The notes under the pieces are model-generated. The model was given only the letters and a program-made list of their open reading frames with translations, searched no databases and was not told the origin of the DNA. Below are positions 56,219 through 64,000 of a stretch of 64,000 nucleotides of DNA, one piece after another; position 1 is the stretch's first letter, and every line of letters begins with the position of its first letter. The stretch is taken from the NCBI GenBank assembly GCA_038064455.1, contig JBBTTB010000006.1, positions 5,147-69,146 of the forward strand, read 5' to 3'. The stretch comes from Patescibacteria group bacterium. GTDB taxonomy: Bacteria; Patescibacteriota; Minisyncoccia; 2-02-FULL-40-12; GWA2-44-9. Made by a program: the position numbers and the translations under genes.

Positions 56219-56965
56219 TTATGCTTCCTTTTCCTTCTTTTTGCTGCTCTTTACGACTGGAGCGTCTTGGGATACTACATCAGGGACCTCAATCTTGGCA
56301 AGGGAAGTGAAGTGATCCGCAAGAATTTCAGAAGCATTGCGGAGCGCCGCTTCTGGAGTAAGGGTGCCATCGGTGACGATTTCCATGGTTACCTTGTTAA
56401 AGTCGATACGATCGCCAACGCGAATGTCATCGATGCGGAAGTTCACCAATTTCACTGGCGAGAAGATAGCATCAACGGCAATGACGCCAATAGGAAGCTT
56501 CTCTTTCTGGCGCTGCTCTGTAGGAACATAGCCGACACCACGCTCAACCGTGAGCTCCATGCTTACCGAAGCTTTCTTATCGGTGATAGTAAGAATTGGC
56601 TGTTCTGGGTTGATCACTTCAACATCCGCAGGAAGTTTCATGTCACCAGCAGTAACAACTTTCTCGCCCTTAGATTCAAGCACAAGAGTCACGGGACCGT
56701 CAGCAAATGAGCGCAAACGAATTTTCTTTACATTCAAAATAATCTGGATTGCGTCTTCAAGAACGTGGTCAATAGAAGAGAATTCGTGGTCAACACCCTG
56801 GATCTTAATAGAAGTAACCGCCGCACCCTGCAATGAAGAAAGCAATACGCGGCGCAATGGGTTTGCAACCGTTGCGCCATACCCTGGCATGAGAGGACCA
56901 ACCTCGAAAACGCCGCGGGTGTTGCTGCGTTCGATCGTGGTGATTGTGTAAGGAGTTTGAATCAT
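56219..56965 (-). CDS. rpoA: DNA-directed RNA polymerase alpha subunit (short form with a reduced C-terminal domain).
   Basis: The alpha N-terminal domain aligns (..FEVGPL.PGYGATVANPLRRVLLSSL.G.AVTSIKI.GV.HEF..). Only 248 aa. Confidence 0.85.
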   Translation of the reverse strand: MIQTPYTITTIERSNTRGVFEVGPLMPGYGATVANPLRRVLLSSLQGAAVTSIKIQGVDHEFSSIDHVLEDAIQIILNVKKIRLRSFADGPVTLVLESKGEKVVTAGDMKLPADVEVINPEQPILTITDKKASVSMELTVERGVGYVPTEQRQKEKLPIGVIAVDAIFSPVKLVNFRIDDIRVGDRIDFNKVTMEIVTDGTLTPEAALRNASEILADHFTSLAKIEVPDVVSQDAPVVKSSKKKEKEA

Positions 56966-57049
56966 ACGGGTGTGCGTCGTGGTGTTATGGTGAGCGGTCA
57001 GGAGGATTCGTGTCGGGAGCGCTCATATAACTACGCGATGCAACAGAAA

Positions 57050-57688
57050 TTATCGTGAATAATATTCAATAATTGCCTGCAAATCATCAACTTTCAAACC
57101 ACTGGCATCCATCTTCGGAATGGTGGTTACCGTTGCGGTCATTGTCTGCTTATCAAGCACCATCCATGCCGGAGCTTCATAGTTTGCAAGCCACTGCGGC
57201 ATAAGACTCCCCATGAACACATTCTTCTTGCTGCCTTCGCGGATACCAAGGACGTCGCCTTGCGAGACGCGGAATGAGGGGATGTTAACTTTGCGGCCAT
57301 TCACCGTAATGTGGCCGTGGCTTACGAGCTGACGTGCTTGGTCGCGAGATTGAGCGAAACCCATGCGGAAGACAGAGTTGTCTAGACGCGTTTCAAGTGC
57401 GGCGATCATTGCGTCATATGGATCTGTCTTTTCAGTAAGGGCGCGCTGGATGATGCTCTTAAACTGCTTTTCCATGAGACGATACGTCTTACGCACCTTC
57501 TGCTTCGAACGAAGCTGGAGGCCGAACTCTGAAACCTTTCCAAAGTTACCTGTTTTCCCGTGTACACCAGGTGGGTATGGACGACGCACCATCGCTGATT
57601 TCTGCGAGTGAGAACGCTCACCTTTCAAGGCAAGCTTTTCTCCTAAGCGACGCTCAATTTTCTCTCGTGGTCCAAGATATCGTGCCAT
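57050..57688 (-). CDS. rpsD: 30S ribosomal protein S4.
   Basis: MARYLGPREKIERRLGEKL... S4 domain. Confidence 0.9.
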   Translation of the reverse strand: MARYLGPREKIERRLGEKLALKGERSHSQKSAMVRRPYPPGVHGKTGNFGKVSEFGLQLRSKQKVRKTYRLMEKQFKSIIQRALTEKTDPYDAMIAALETRLDNSVFRMGFAQSRDQARQLVSHGHITVNGRKVNIPSFRVSQGDVLGIREGSKKNVFMGSLMPQWLANYEAPAWMVLDKQTMTATVTTIPKMDASGLKVDDLQAIIEYYSR

Positions 57689-57700
57689 AGTATGTAATGA

Positions 57701-58138
57701 TTAGATGCGACGTGGCTTACGAGCGCGGACACCATTGTGTGCAACGGGTGTGCGATCAAGCAATGAAAGAATGTGCAGCCCACTCGATGCGATTCCGCGA
57801 ATAGCAGATTCGCGAGCTGGGCCTACGCCACGAACAACGATCTTTAAGTTTGCAACGCCGTACTTCTTTGATTTTTCAAGACAGTCCTTTGCCACCAAGT
57901 TCGCAGCATACGGAGTTGATTTCTTCGTACCTTTGAATCCAAGAAGCCCAGAGGAACACCAGGACAGCACGTTTCCCTTCATGTCAGCGATAGAGATGAT
58001 CGTGTTGTTATACGAAATGGAAATATTAGCGATGCCATTCAGTACTTGACGCTTCGCACCACGGCGTGCAGGAGCCGCGGCACCTGGTGTCGCGGAAACT
58101 TCAGTATCAACTTTTGTAACAATTTTCTTCTTTCCCAT
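57701..58138 (-). CDS. rpsK: 30S ribosomal protein S11.
   Basis: ..GIANISISYNNTIISIADMKGNVLSWCSSG.. is a canonical S11. Confidence 0.9.
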   Translation of the reverse strand: MGKKKIVTKVDTEVSATPGAAAPARRGAKRQVLNGIANISISYNNTIISIADMKGNVLSWCSSGLLGFKGTKKSTPYAANLVAKDCLEKSKKYGVANLKIVVRGVGPARESAIRGIASSGLHILSLLDRTPVAHNGVRARKPRRI

Positions 58139-58143
58139 ATGAA

Positions 58144-58530
58144 TTAGGTCTTTTGGTTTGCATCCTTGCGGCCAGAACCCATGGTCTTACGAACGTTGCC
58201 ACGTGTCGTGCGTGAGTTGCGGCGAGTGTTGCCCTTTAATGGCAGGCGGCGAGCCAAACGGCTTCCATGAAGAGTGCCGATATCTTTATATCGCTTAATG
58301 TTCTGTCCGATTTCTTTACGAAGATCGCCTTCGAGTTTATGGTCACGCTCAAGAATCTTCTGAATACGGTTGAGTTCATCAGCGCTCAATTCTTGCGCAC
58401 GCTTGTCGCCATCAACCTTTGCCTCAACGAGAACCTTCTTACTTGTTGCCAAACCTACGCCATATAAATACTGAAGGGCGTAGAGCACTTTCTTATTATC
58501 AGGAATTTGGACACCAAAAATACGAGGCAT
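58144..58530 (-). CDS. rpsM: 30S ribosomal protein S13.
   Basis: MPRIFGVQIPDNKKVLYALQYLYGVGL.. Start is trimmed to Met25 of the track ORF. Confidence 0.9.
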   Translation of the reverse strand: MPRIFGVQIPDNKKVLYALQYLYGVGLATSKKVLVEAKVDGDKRAQELSADELNRIQKILERDHKLEGDLRKEIGQNIKRYKDIGTLHGSRLARRLPLKGNTRRNSRTTRGNVRKTMGSGRKDANQKT

Positions 58531-58534
58531 AATC

Positions 58535-58648
58535 TTAACCTTGACGCTGTTTATGCTTTGGATTCGAGCAAATGCAATAGATGCGCTTCTTGCGGCGCAC
58601 AAGCTTACACTTATTACACATAGGGCGGACAGAAGCTCGTACCTTCAT
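58535..58648 (-). CDS. rpmJ: 50S ribosomal protein L36. Not in the ORF track because it is under 60 aa.
   Basis: Minus-strand translation [37 protein letters not shown]. It carries the C-x2-C...C-x4-H zinc ribbon and the canonical ..NPKHKQRQG end. Lies between infA and rpsM as in most bacteria. Confidence 0.85.
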   Translation of the reverse strand: MKVRASVRPMCNKCKLVRRKKRIYCICSNPKHKQRQG

Positions 58649-58673
58649 AACAATCGTTTAAATATAGTAATGA

Positions 58674-58883
58674 TTAATTCCGATACACAATCCGGCCACG
58701 GGAACCGTCTAGAGCCAGCTCCACAGCTACGGTGTCTCCCAGCATAACCTTGATACGATGGAGGCGCATCTTCCCCGCGAGATATGCGAGTATAATGCGG
58801 CCGTCGGGCAACTGAACGCGAAAGTTCGTGTCAGGCAATGCCTCAACTACCATACCGGTTATTTTTTGCTTCTGGTCAGCCAC
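58674..58883 (-). CDS. infA: Translation initiation factor IF-1.
   Basis: ..GMVVEALPDTNFRVQLPDGRIILAYLAGKMRLHRIKVMLGDTVAVELALDGSRGRIVYR is a canonical S1-like IF-1. Probable GTG start at 58883. The ATG at 58931 would add a non-conserved extension. Confidence 0.8.
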   Translation of the reverse strand: MADQKQKITGMVVEALPDTNFRVQLPDGRIILAYLAGKMRLHRIKVMLGDTVAVELALDGSRGRIVYRN

Positions 58884-58963
58884 TCGTGAAAAGGAGCCGC
58901 ATCCGTACATACAAACGGCGCGAGCTTGCATATGGTAGCAAAGCCGCGCTCCGCTGTCAACGA

Positions 58964-61051
58964 CTATTCATTTGCGGGGCTCGGTTGAGGAGTTGCGTAG
59001 ATCAGTTCGACTGAAATGTTGTTCGTGTCGTCCGGAGCCTTCGTCGCCCAGCGAGGCGAGAGCGTCACGCGGGCAGAGCTAATCTGTGCCTCCTGCGATC
59101 TGATAAAGCTTTCCAGTTGTCCTCGTGTTTTACCTCGTACACCGTCACGAATAGCATCTGCGGAAACTGCAGCAAATGCGGTTCCCCCAACTTGTACCGT
59201 ACCTCGCAGTGTTCCTGCCTTTTCATCAAATATAGGACTTGTTACAGAATACGTTAGATATTCAGGCAAGATAGAAACGGGATGTCGCTTCTCAAGGGAT
59301 TCTTTAATAAATGCGTGCATGTCTTCTTCACGAAAACCAACAGTGGTGATTGTTTGCTTCGCACTCGCCGTGAAGGTATCTACGGGTTCGTCTTGCTGTG
59401 CTGATGTAGTGATCTGTACTTCTGAAACTTTACTTGCACCGTCTACAATGACGGCACGCGTGCGTGCGTCGGTAAGTGCATCGGCGATAAGCTGTTTGAG
59501 GTCATTTTCAACTGCAGCACGAGCTTTTACGATATCAGCTTCGGTAACCACCTTCGCTTTACCTTGAATGCCTCCTGCCATCGGAGCAGATGACGTTGCT
59601 GTAAACTTCGCATACCGTTCAGCGTCATTACGTTCTTTAAATGCTGAAAATACAAAAGACGTTGGAGCTATATTGTAGGTAGCGCCAGGCTTATCGGCGA
59701 TGACCTCTACAGTAGCTTTTCCGGGTTCAGAACCACGTATGCCGGGCACGGTAATAGTGCGAAGGGTGCGGAACATGAGGCCTTCTTTTGTTTCAAGACG
59801 CGTCGTTGCGATAAACGTCTGTGGCGTTGCGCTAAACGCGTTCATAATAGTGACGGTGCCACGAGCCTTTTGAGCGACGTCGCGCTCACCGGTTGCGGCA
59901 AAGGTTTGTGATGCCGTTTTTTCAATGGTAATAAACTGCCCTGGCATAACCCCCGTAGCTATGTTCGCCTCTTTTACGTTGCGATCAGCGAGTACAGGCA
60001 AGCTTGCCTCAAGTTTTGATGGGGCCGGAAAAATAGCAAGGTGCGCTGACTGCGGCGTAAATAGATAAATAGCAAGCGCTGATATTGCTAAAACAGTAAG
60101 ACCAATGCCAATCTTTCCAATGGTAGAAATACCTTCGCCACGAGGTGTCACCACGCGTGGTTGCGTAGATCCCTTACGGAAAAGGCGCGAGAACCAAGAT
60201 CCACGCTTTGCTGAAGAAGCCACCGGAGGACCCCAGATACCACCCTCCTTGCTTGGCTCACCCCATACTGTAGCGAGGTCTTCAACGCGAGTCTCTCTCT
60301 GCAGCGGCACCGTGGAGCGCTTTCCCTGTGTGCCGCGTACTGGCACGGCTCGTCCACGACCGATCGCCGAAGGGACGGCACTATCAAGGCGTCGGCCAGA
60401 AGCGGCAAGCGTTGCGTGCGGCATGCTACCAGAAACAGCAACTTCTTCCGCCTCTAAATCCTCTAATTCTTCCGGAGATGGCTCAAGATCGTCTTCAAGA
60501 ACATCTTTATCTACGTCATCAGTATCTACATCATCTCCCTCTTCGACTTTTGTACCGTCGGCGTCAAGTTCTTCTTCATGAAAACCTTCGTCGTCCTTCT
60601 GACGCTTCGTGCCCGGCTCTTGATCATCATAAAAACCATCTCCGTCCTTATCAATTCCTCGATACGGCGCATGGTCGGGGATTTCACTGTCATCTTCATC
60701 TGGCTCACCCATAACTTCATCCGATGGAAGCACGACATCATTTCTTCCGGATACCGCCAACTGCGCTGCTGGCTTCTTCCGGGCGCCGCCTTTTGGTGTA
60801 TTGAGCACTACTTCAAACGCATGATCACGAGCAAGCGCCGCAACATCCGAGTTGGGCGTCATAAAGGTGATGCGCTTTTCATTTGCGAGCGCCTCACTGG
60901 CAAGTGTTGCAAAGTCTTCTATTTGAGAAAACGCCTTGGAGCGTTTTGGGAGAATAAAAACAACCTCCGAGGCGGGCGTCCCTTGCACAATGCCAAGAAG
61001 CTCGTCGAAGGTATCGTCCTTGAGGACGTGTATGATTTTAGTACCTGCCAT
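58964..61051 (-). CDS. Large hypothetical bitopic membrane protein with a cytoplasmic N-domain, a long acidic disordered linker, a TM helix and a roughly 350-aa extracytoplasmic domain.
   Basis: TM segment IGKIGIGLTVLAISALAIYLF. Asp/Glu-rich linker. No motif recognised. Start is placed at Met61 (MAGTK..) because the upstream 180 nt carries an independent plus-strand promoter and small ORF. Confidence 0.4.
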   Translation of the reverse strand: MAGTKIIHVLKDDTFDELLGIVQGTPASEVVFILPKRSKAFSQIEDFATLASEALANEKRITFMTPNSDVAALARDHAFEVVLNTPKGGARKKPAAQLAVSGRNDVVLPSDEVMGEPDEDDSEIPDHAPYRGIDKDGDGFYDDQEPGTKRQKDDEGFHEEELDADGTKVEEGDDVDTDDVDKDVLEDDLEPSPEELEDLEAEEVAVSGSMPHATLAASGRRLDSAVPSAIGRGRAVPVRGTQGKRSTVPLQRETRVEDLATVWGEPSKEGGIWGPPVASSAKRGSWFSRLFRKGSTQPRVVTPRGEGISTIGKIGIGLTVLAISALAIYLFTPQSAHLAIFPAPSKLEASLPVLADRNVKEANIATGVMPGQFITIEKTASQTFAATGERDVAQKARGTVTIMNAFSATPQTFIATTRLETKEGLMFRTLRTITVPGIRGSEPGKATVEVIADKPGATYNIAPTSFVFSAFKERNDAERYAKFTATSSAPMAGGIQGKAKVVTEADIVKARAAVENDLKQLIADALTDARTRAVIVDGASKVSEVQITTSAQQDEPVDTFTASAKQTITTVGFREEDMHAFIKESLEKRHPVSILPEYLTYSVTSPIFDEKAGTLRGTVQVGGTAFAAVSADAIRDGVRGKTRGQLESFIRSQEAQISSARVTLSPRWATKAPDDTNNISVELIYATPQPSPANE

Positions 61052-61155
61052 CGCATAAAAGTATAGCACAGAGCCCCTAGAATACGTGTGGAATAGTGGG
61101 TAAAGTGGGCCTTGCTTTTTATTCCGTCCTGTGCTATAATGAGCTCTGGTGATTT

Positions 61156-61167
61156 TGTGGTATAATC
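61156..61167 (+). promoter_or_regulatory. Extended -10 promoter (TGGTATAAT).
   Basis: ttgtggtataat at about 61156-61167. A second TATAAT sits at about 61136. TSS is predicted about 7 nt downstream. Confidence 0.5.
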
Positions 61168-61184
61168 CGCTTGGAGGCCAGCCA

Positions 61185-61286
61185 ATGCTCTTTCTCGCCT
61201 GCTCGTTCGCCGCCCTGTGCGGCATTCTCAAGATCTTGGACCGGATGTACCCGGTGCAGGATCAGCCCACCCCCGACAAGAAGTAG
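61185..61286 (+). CDS. Candidate small hydrophobic protein (33 aa).
   Basis: GGAGG RBS 8 nt upstream of ATG. MLFLACSFAALCGILKILDRMYP... Followed by the hairpin CCCCCGAC-aagaagta-GTCGGGGG plus a T6 tract (about 61270-61305). Confidence 0.3.
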   Translation: MLFLACSFAALCGILKILDRMYPVQDQPTPDKK

Positions 61287-61303
61287 TCGGGGGCCGTTCT
61301 TTT

Positions 61304-64000
61304 TTATACGCCAAAGCGCATCGTGCAGTAGGTGCACTCACGGTCGTCACATTTTTTATCCCAGAAAGAAAGTGCCAGCACTTCAGAAATCACTTTTTTA
61401 ATAGCTTCTTTGGTTTCGGCAACGGGGAGTTCATTAAGAGTGAAAGATTCTCCGCGGTATTTTTCACGTGTGTCTGGCTGTATGTATTCAATTTGACCCG
61501 ATGTCATCTGTAGTGCGCCACCCTGGTAGCCTTGAAGGAGAATGGAATAAAATGCGAGCTGACGCGCCTCATCACCCGTCGCGTCTTTTGTTTTCCCTAA
61601 CAGCGCGTTGCGCGTTTTAAACGCTCCTGTTTTGTAATCTAAAACGTGCGCTTCTGTTGGTGACAGCTTTTCAAGTTTGTCGAGTGCGCCGTGAAGCACA
61701 ATGCCTTCATGCGCCGGTACATCTGAAATACGCAATTCATACAGCGCATCGCGGCGCCACAGTGATGCGCGCTCTGTAAGATATCCATCAACCATTTCTA
61801 ATCCACGTTCTTCAAGGCGCTTGCGGTCACGCATTGTAAGGGGTTCGTGCTCGAGTGCTTTTATAAATGTGGCCCGTGCGATAGTAGGCACATGCTCCCC
61901 TGTGTGTGTAAACGCTTCTCCGTATGCGCGCAGTGCCGCATGAATCGCAGTACCAAGCTGTGCGTGTGCATGAGGTGCCTCTGGCATGCGCACTAAGTTC
62001 CTGAAGAAAAACTTCCACGGACACGAGAGGTAGTTGTTCAACGCCGTCACTGAAAGCCCTGATGTGAGAAAAAGATCTTTCACGTACGCGTGCACGTCTG
62101 CCGGTGGTTGTGGTACTGCCGCCTGCGTAGCGTAGGTCGTAAGATATGCCGCTTCAAATGCGTCTACCGGGAATGTCTCTAGGTGAGCTGGATGTAATTC
62201 TGTGATAAACCGAGAAGGCAGTCGTTCCCTATCTTCGAGATCGCGTACCGAGTAGGTAATATAGGCGACATCTTGTGCGCGCGTGAGCGCTACATAAAAT
62301 ACATTGCGTTCGTCGCTTTCAGGGTCTTGAGATACTGCGTCGGTAATGCGATACACCTTTTCGGGAAGCGTGAGGAGCTCGCGGCGCTGCTTGCCTCCCC
62401 ACGTGCCATCAACGGCGTGGGCTATGATAACCACCTTAAACTCGAGCCCTTTTGCACGATGTGCGGTCATAACACGTACATACCCCACGGGGAGCGCGTG
62501 GACAGGGAGTGCGAGCGCGCCGTGATCATGTGCGCGAACAAGCGCATGCCATACTGCATCGAGAGGAATATCCGGAGAACGCGCCACGACACCGCGCACC
62601 GCAGCGTAGAGCGTGCGGAGTGCACGCATGTCGGTCATATCCTCGGGAGAATCAAAGAGATCAATAAGAGGAATGAGAAGATCGAGGAGCGCAAGTGGGC
62701 CGTGCTGTCTGCCATGCTCGTGTGCTTTTATGATGTGTGCGGCAAGTTCTAGAAAAAGCTTTGGGTGCACAATGCCCACATCACGAAGCGCTGATTCAGA
62801 ACGGATAAGATTCCACGCATCTTGTCCGGAGCGGAGCGAGCGTAGGAAGCGGAACACATCGATAACATCGCACTTCCCCGCGCCAGCTTGAAGCGCTTCT
62901 GCAAGTGCATACTGATCGCCCGCGTTACAGGCGGTACGAAAGAGCAGTAGGAGTGACCGCATGCGAGGATGACGAAACAGTGATTGGTTCGCCGTGTGGG
63001 CGGCACGAATGCCCGCGCGGCCAAGTGCGCGCACAATGGGTTCTGCGTGCGCGTTGTCTCGAACCAGTATCGCGATCTCTTCGGAAGCGACTCCATCGGC
63101 AATATGTGATTGCACAATGCGCGCAATACCAAAAAGCTCTACATCGGTGTGAGAAAAAACCCCAAGACGTACTGGAATACCCGCAAGCGCTCGGTGCGCA
63201 TGGAGAGGCTCACTCTGTGGCGCAAGGCCATGAGCCGCATCGAGTACGTGTTGCGTTGAGCGATAGTTGGTATCGAGTGTCACCACACGCATTTTTTTAA
63301 ATGCTCGCTGAAGCGCGTGAAAGTTTTCATGCGACGCTCCCTGAAAACGGTAGATGGCCTGCTTCGTGTCGCCAACAACAAAAATATTCGGACTCGCGTC
63401 GTCGTGAATAATTGCATCTACTAGCCCATGCTGTGCGGCGTTTGTATCCTGGTGCTCATCAATGAGAATGTGTTGGTAGCGCTCGCGCACATCAGCGGCG
63501 ATTTCACTGTCGTGCATCATCGCATCGCGCGCGCGAATAATCATATCGTCAAAGTCATACCAGCGGCGTGCGGCACACGCATCCATATATGCTCCATAGA
63601 GCTTTACGAGCTCCGCGCGTCGCGCGTACATGCGATCTGATGTTTCTTTTTCATCATCTCCGGGAACATCCTCTCGAACAATCTGCGTAAACACTTCTGG
63701 TGATACGCCCTCGCGCTTTAATTCACTGATAGCACGGACACAATGCTGGATATAATATTCAGGATCACCACTCGGACGGAGCGCTTCATATTCTCCGGTT
63801 TGTAAAAGTTCGGAAAGGAGATCAACGCCTTCCACATCGGTCATTGCGCGGCCACCAATCACATCAGGGAATGCATCTGCATGCGCTTGAATAATATTGT
63901 GGGCAAAGCCATGAAACGTCGTGATGGAAACGCGATATGCATCTGGCCCAATGAGATCCGCAAGGCGTTTGCGCATCGCAAGAGCGCCAGATTCTGTGAA
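61304..64000 (-). CDS. UvrD/AddA-like superfamily 1 DNA helicase fused to a C-terminal RecB-family nuclease domain. N-terminus lies beyond the window edge.
   Basis: Helicase motifs (TFHGFAHNII, VLIDEHQDTN, ..TNYRST.., VMTAHRAKGLEF). C-terminus has ..HVLDYKTGAF.. (a RecB nuclease DYK motif) and a terminal Cys cluster CDDRECTYC. Confidence 0.8.
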   Translation of the reverse strand, partial: FTESGALAMRKRLADLIGPDAYRVSITTFHGFAHNIIQAHADAFPDVIGGRAMTDVEGVDLLSELLQTGEYEALRPSGDPEYYIQHCVRAISELKREGVSPEVFTQIVREDVPGDDEKETSDRMYARRAELVKLYGAYMDACAARRWYDFDDMIIRARDAMMHDSEIAADVRERYQHILIDEHQDTNAAQHGLVDAIIHDDASPNIFVVGDTKQAIYRFQGASHENFHALQRAFKKMRVVTLDTNYRSTQHVLDAAHGLAPQSEPLHAHRALAGIPVRLGVFSHTDVELFGIARIVQSHIADGVASEEIAILVRDNAHAEPIVRALGRAGIRAAHTANQSLFRHPRMRSLLLLFRTACNAGDQYALAEALQAGAGKCDVIDVFRFLRSLRSGQDAWNLIRSESALRDVGIVHPKLFLELAAHIIKAHEHGRQHGPLALLDLLIPLIDLFDSPEDMTDMRALRTLYAAVRGVVARSPDIPLDAVWHALVRAHDHGALALPVHALPVGYVRVMTAHRAKGLEFKVVIIAHAVDGTWGGKQRRELLTLPEKVYRITDAVSQDPESDERNVFYVALTRAQDVAYITYSVRDLEDRERLPSRFITELHPAHLETFPVDAFEAAYLTTYATQAAVPQPPADVHAYVKDLFLTSGLSVTALNNYLSCPWKFFFRNLVRMPEAPHAHAQLGTAIHAALRAYGEAFTHTGEHVPTIARATFIKALEHEPLTMRDRKRLEERGLEMVDGYLTERASLWRRDALYELRISDVPAHEGIVLHGALDKLEKLSPTEAHVLDYKTGAFKTRNALLGKTKDATGDEARQLAFYSILLQGYQGGALQMTSGQIEYIQPDTREKYRGESFTLNELPVAETKEAIKKVISEVLALSFWDKKCDDRECTYCTMRFGV

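Noticed and set aside
58541-58747. Plus-strand 68-aa ORF.
   Set aside because: It overlaps rpmJ (L36) and the infA-rpmJ spacer on the opposite strand. rpmJ has unambiguous homology.
61134-61337. Minus-strand 67-aa ORF, and the 61231 start of the large membrane protein.
   Set aside because: The region is better explained by a plus-strand promoter, RBS, micro-ORF and terminator unit. The large protein was started at Met61 instead, with moderate confidence only.

Overview
This window looks like a streamlined bacterial chromosome with an architecture typical of the Candidate Phyla Radiation (CPR). That attribution is an inference from gene content and order, not a measurement. Housekeeping genes fill most of it. 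They include rplJ-rplL, a minimal division and cell-wall cluster (mraZ-rsmH-ftsL-ftsI-murF), recR, dnaB and cysS. A heat-shock operon (hrcA-grpE-dnaK, with a dnaJ-like gene further on) carries a perfect CIRCE operator. A fmt-def-priA-gltX block follows, then rpmA/rplI. A ribosomal gene run on the minus strand (infA-rpmJ-rpsM-rpsK-rpsD-rpoA-rplQ and rplM-rpsI) includes an rpmJ that I found by hand and that is absent from the ORF track. A large envelope-glycopolymer cluster (GT2, GT4, an LCP family protein, a Wzy-like protein, mreB) precedes those ribosomal genes. A partial UvrD/AddA-like helicase-nuclease sits at the 3' edge. Two tRNAs are present: Val-CAC and Glu-CUC. The most unusual locus lies immediately 3' of tRNA-Val. 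It has 2.2 tandem copies of a 205-bp unit that each begin with the tRNA 3' end, which looks like att-site duplication. The unit is dense with hairpins, including a 20-bp perfect palindrome. It is followed by a roughly 2.3-kb GC-rich island holding two paralogous genes of unknown function, each behind a conserved duplicated promoter module. Other items worth a second look are a DEDDh exonuclease plus a RecB/Cas4-like nuclease with a Cys cluster plus an RHH gene (three-gene cluster); a 130-nt highly structured element between grpE and dnaK; a PriA whose Walker A and B motifs are degenerate; and several small standalone genes with near-consensus promoters, RBSs and terminators. All calls rest on reading the sequence and remembered family motifs. 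No searches were run.
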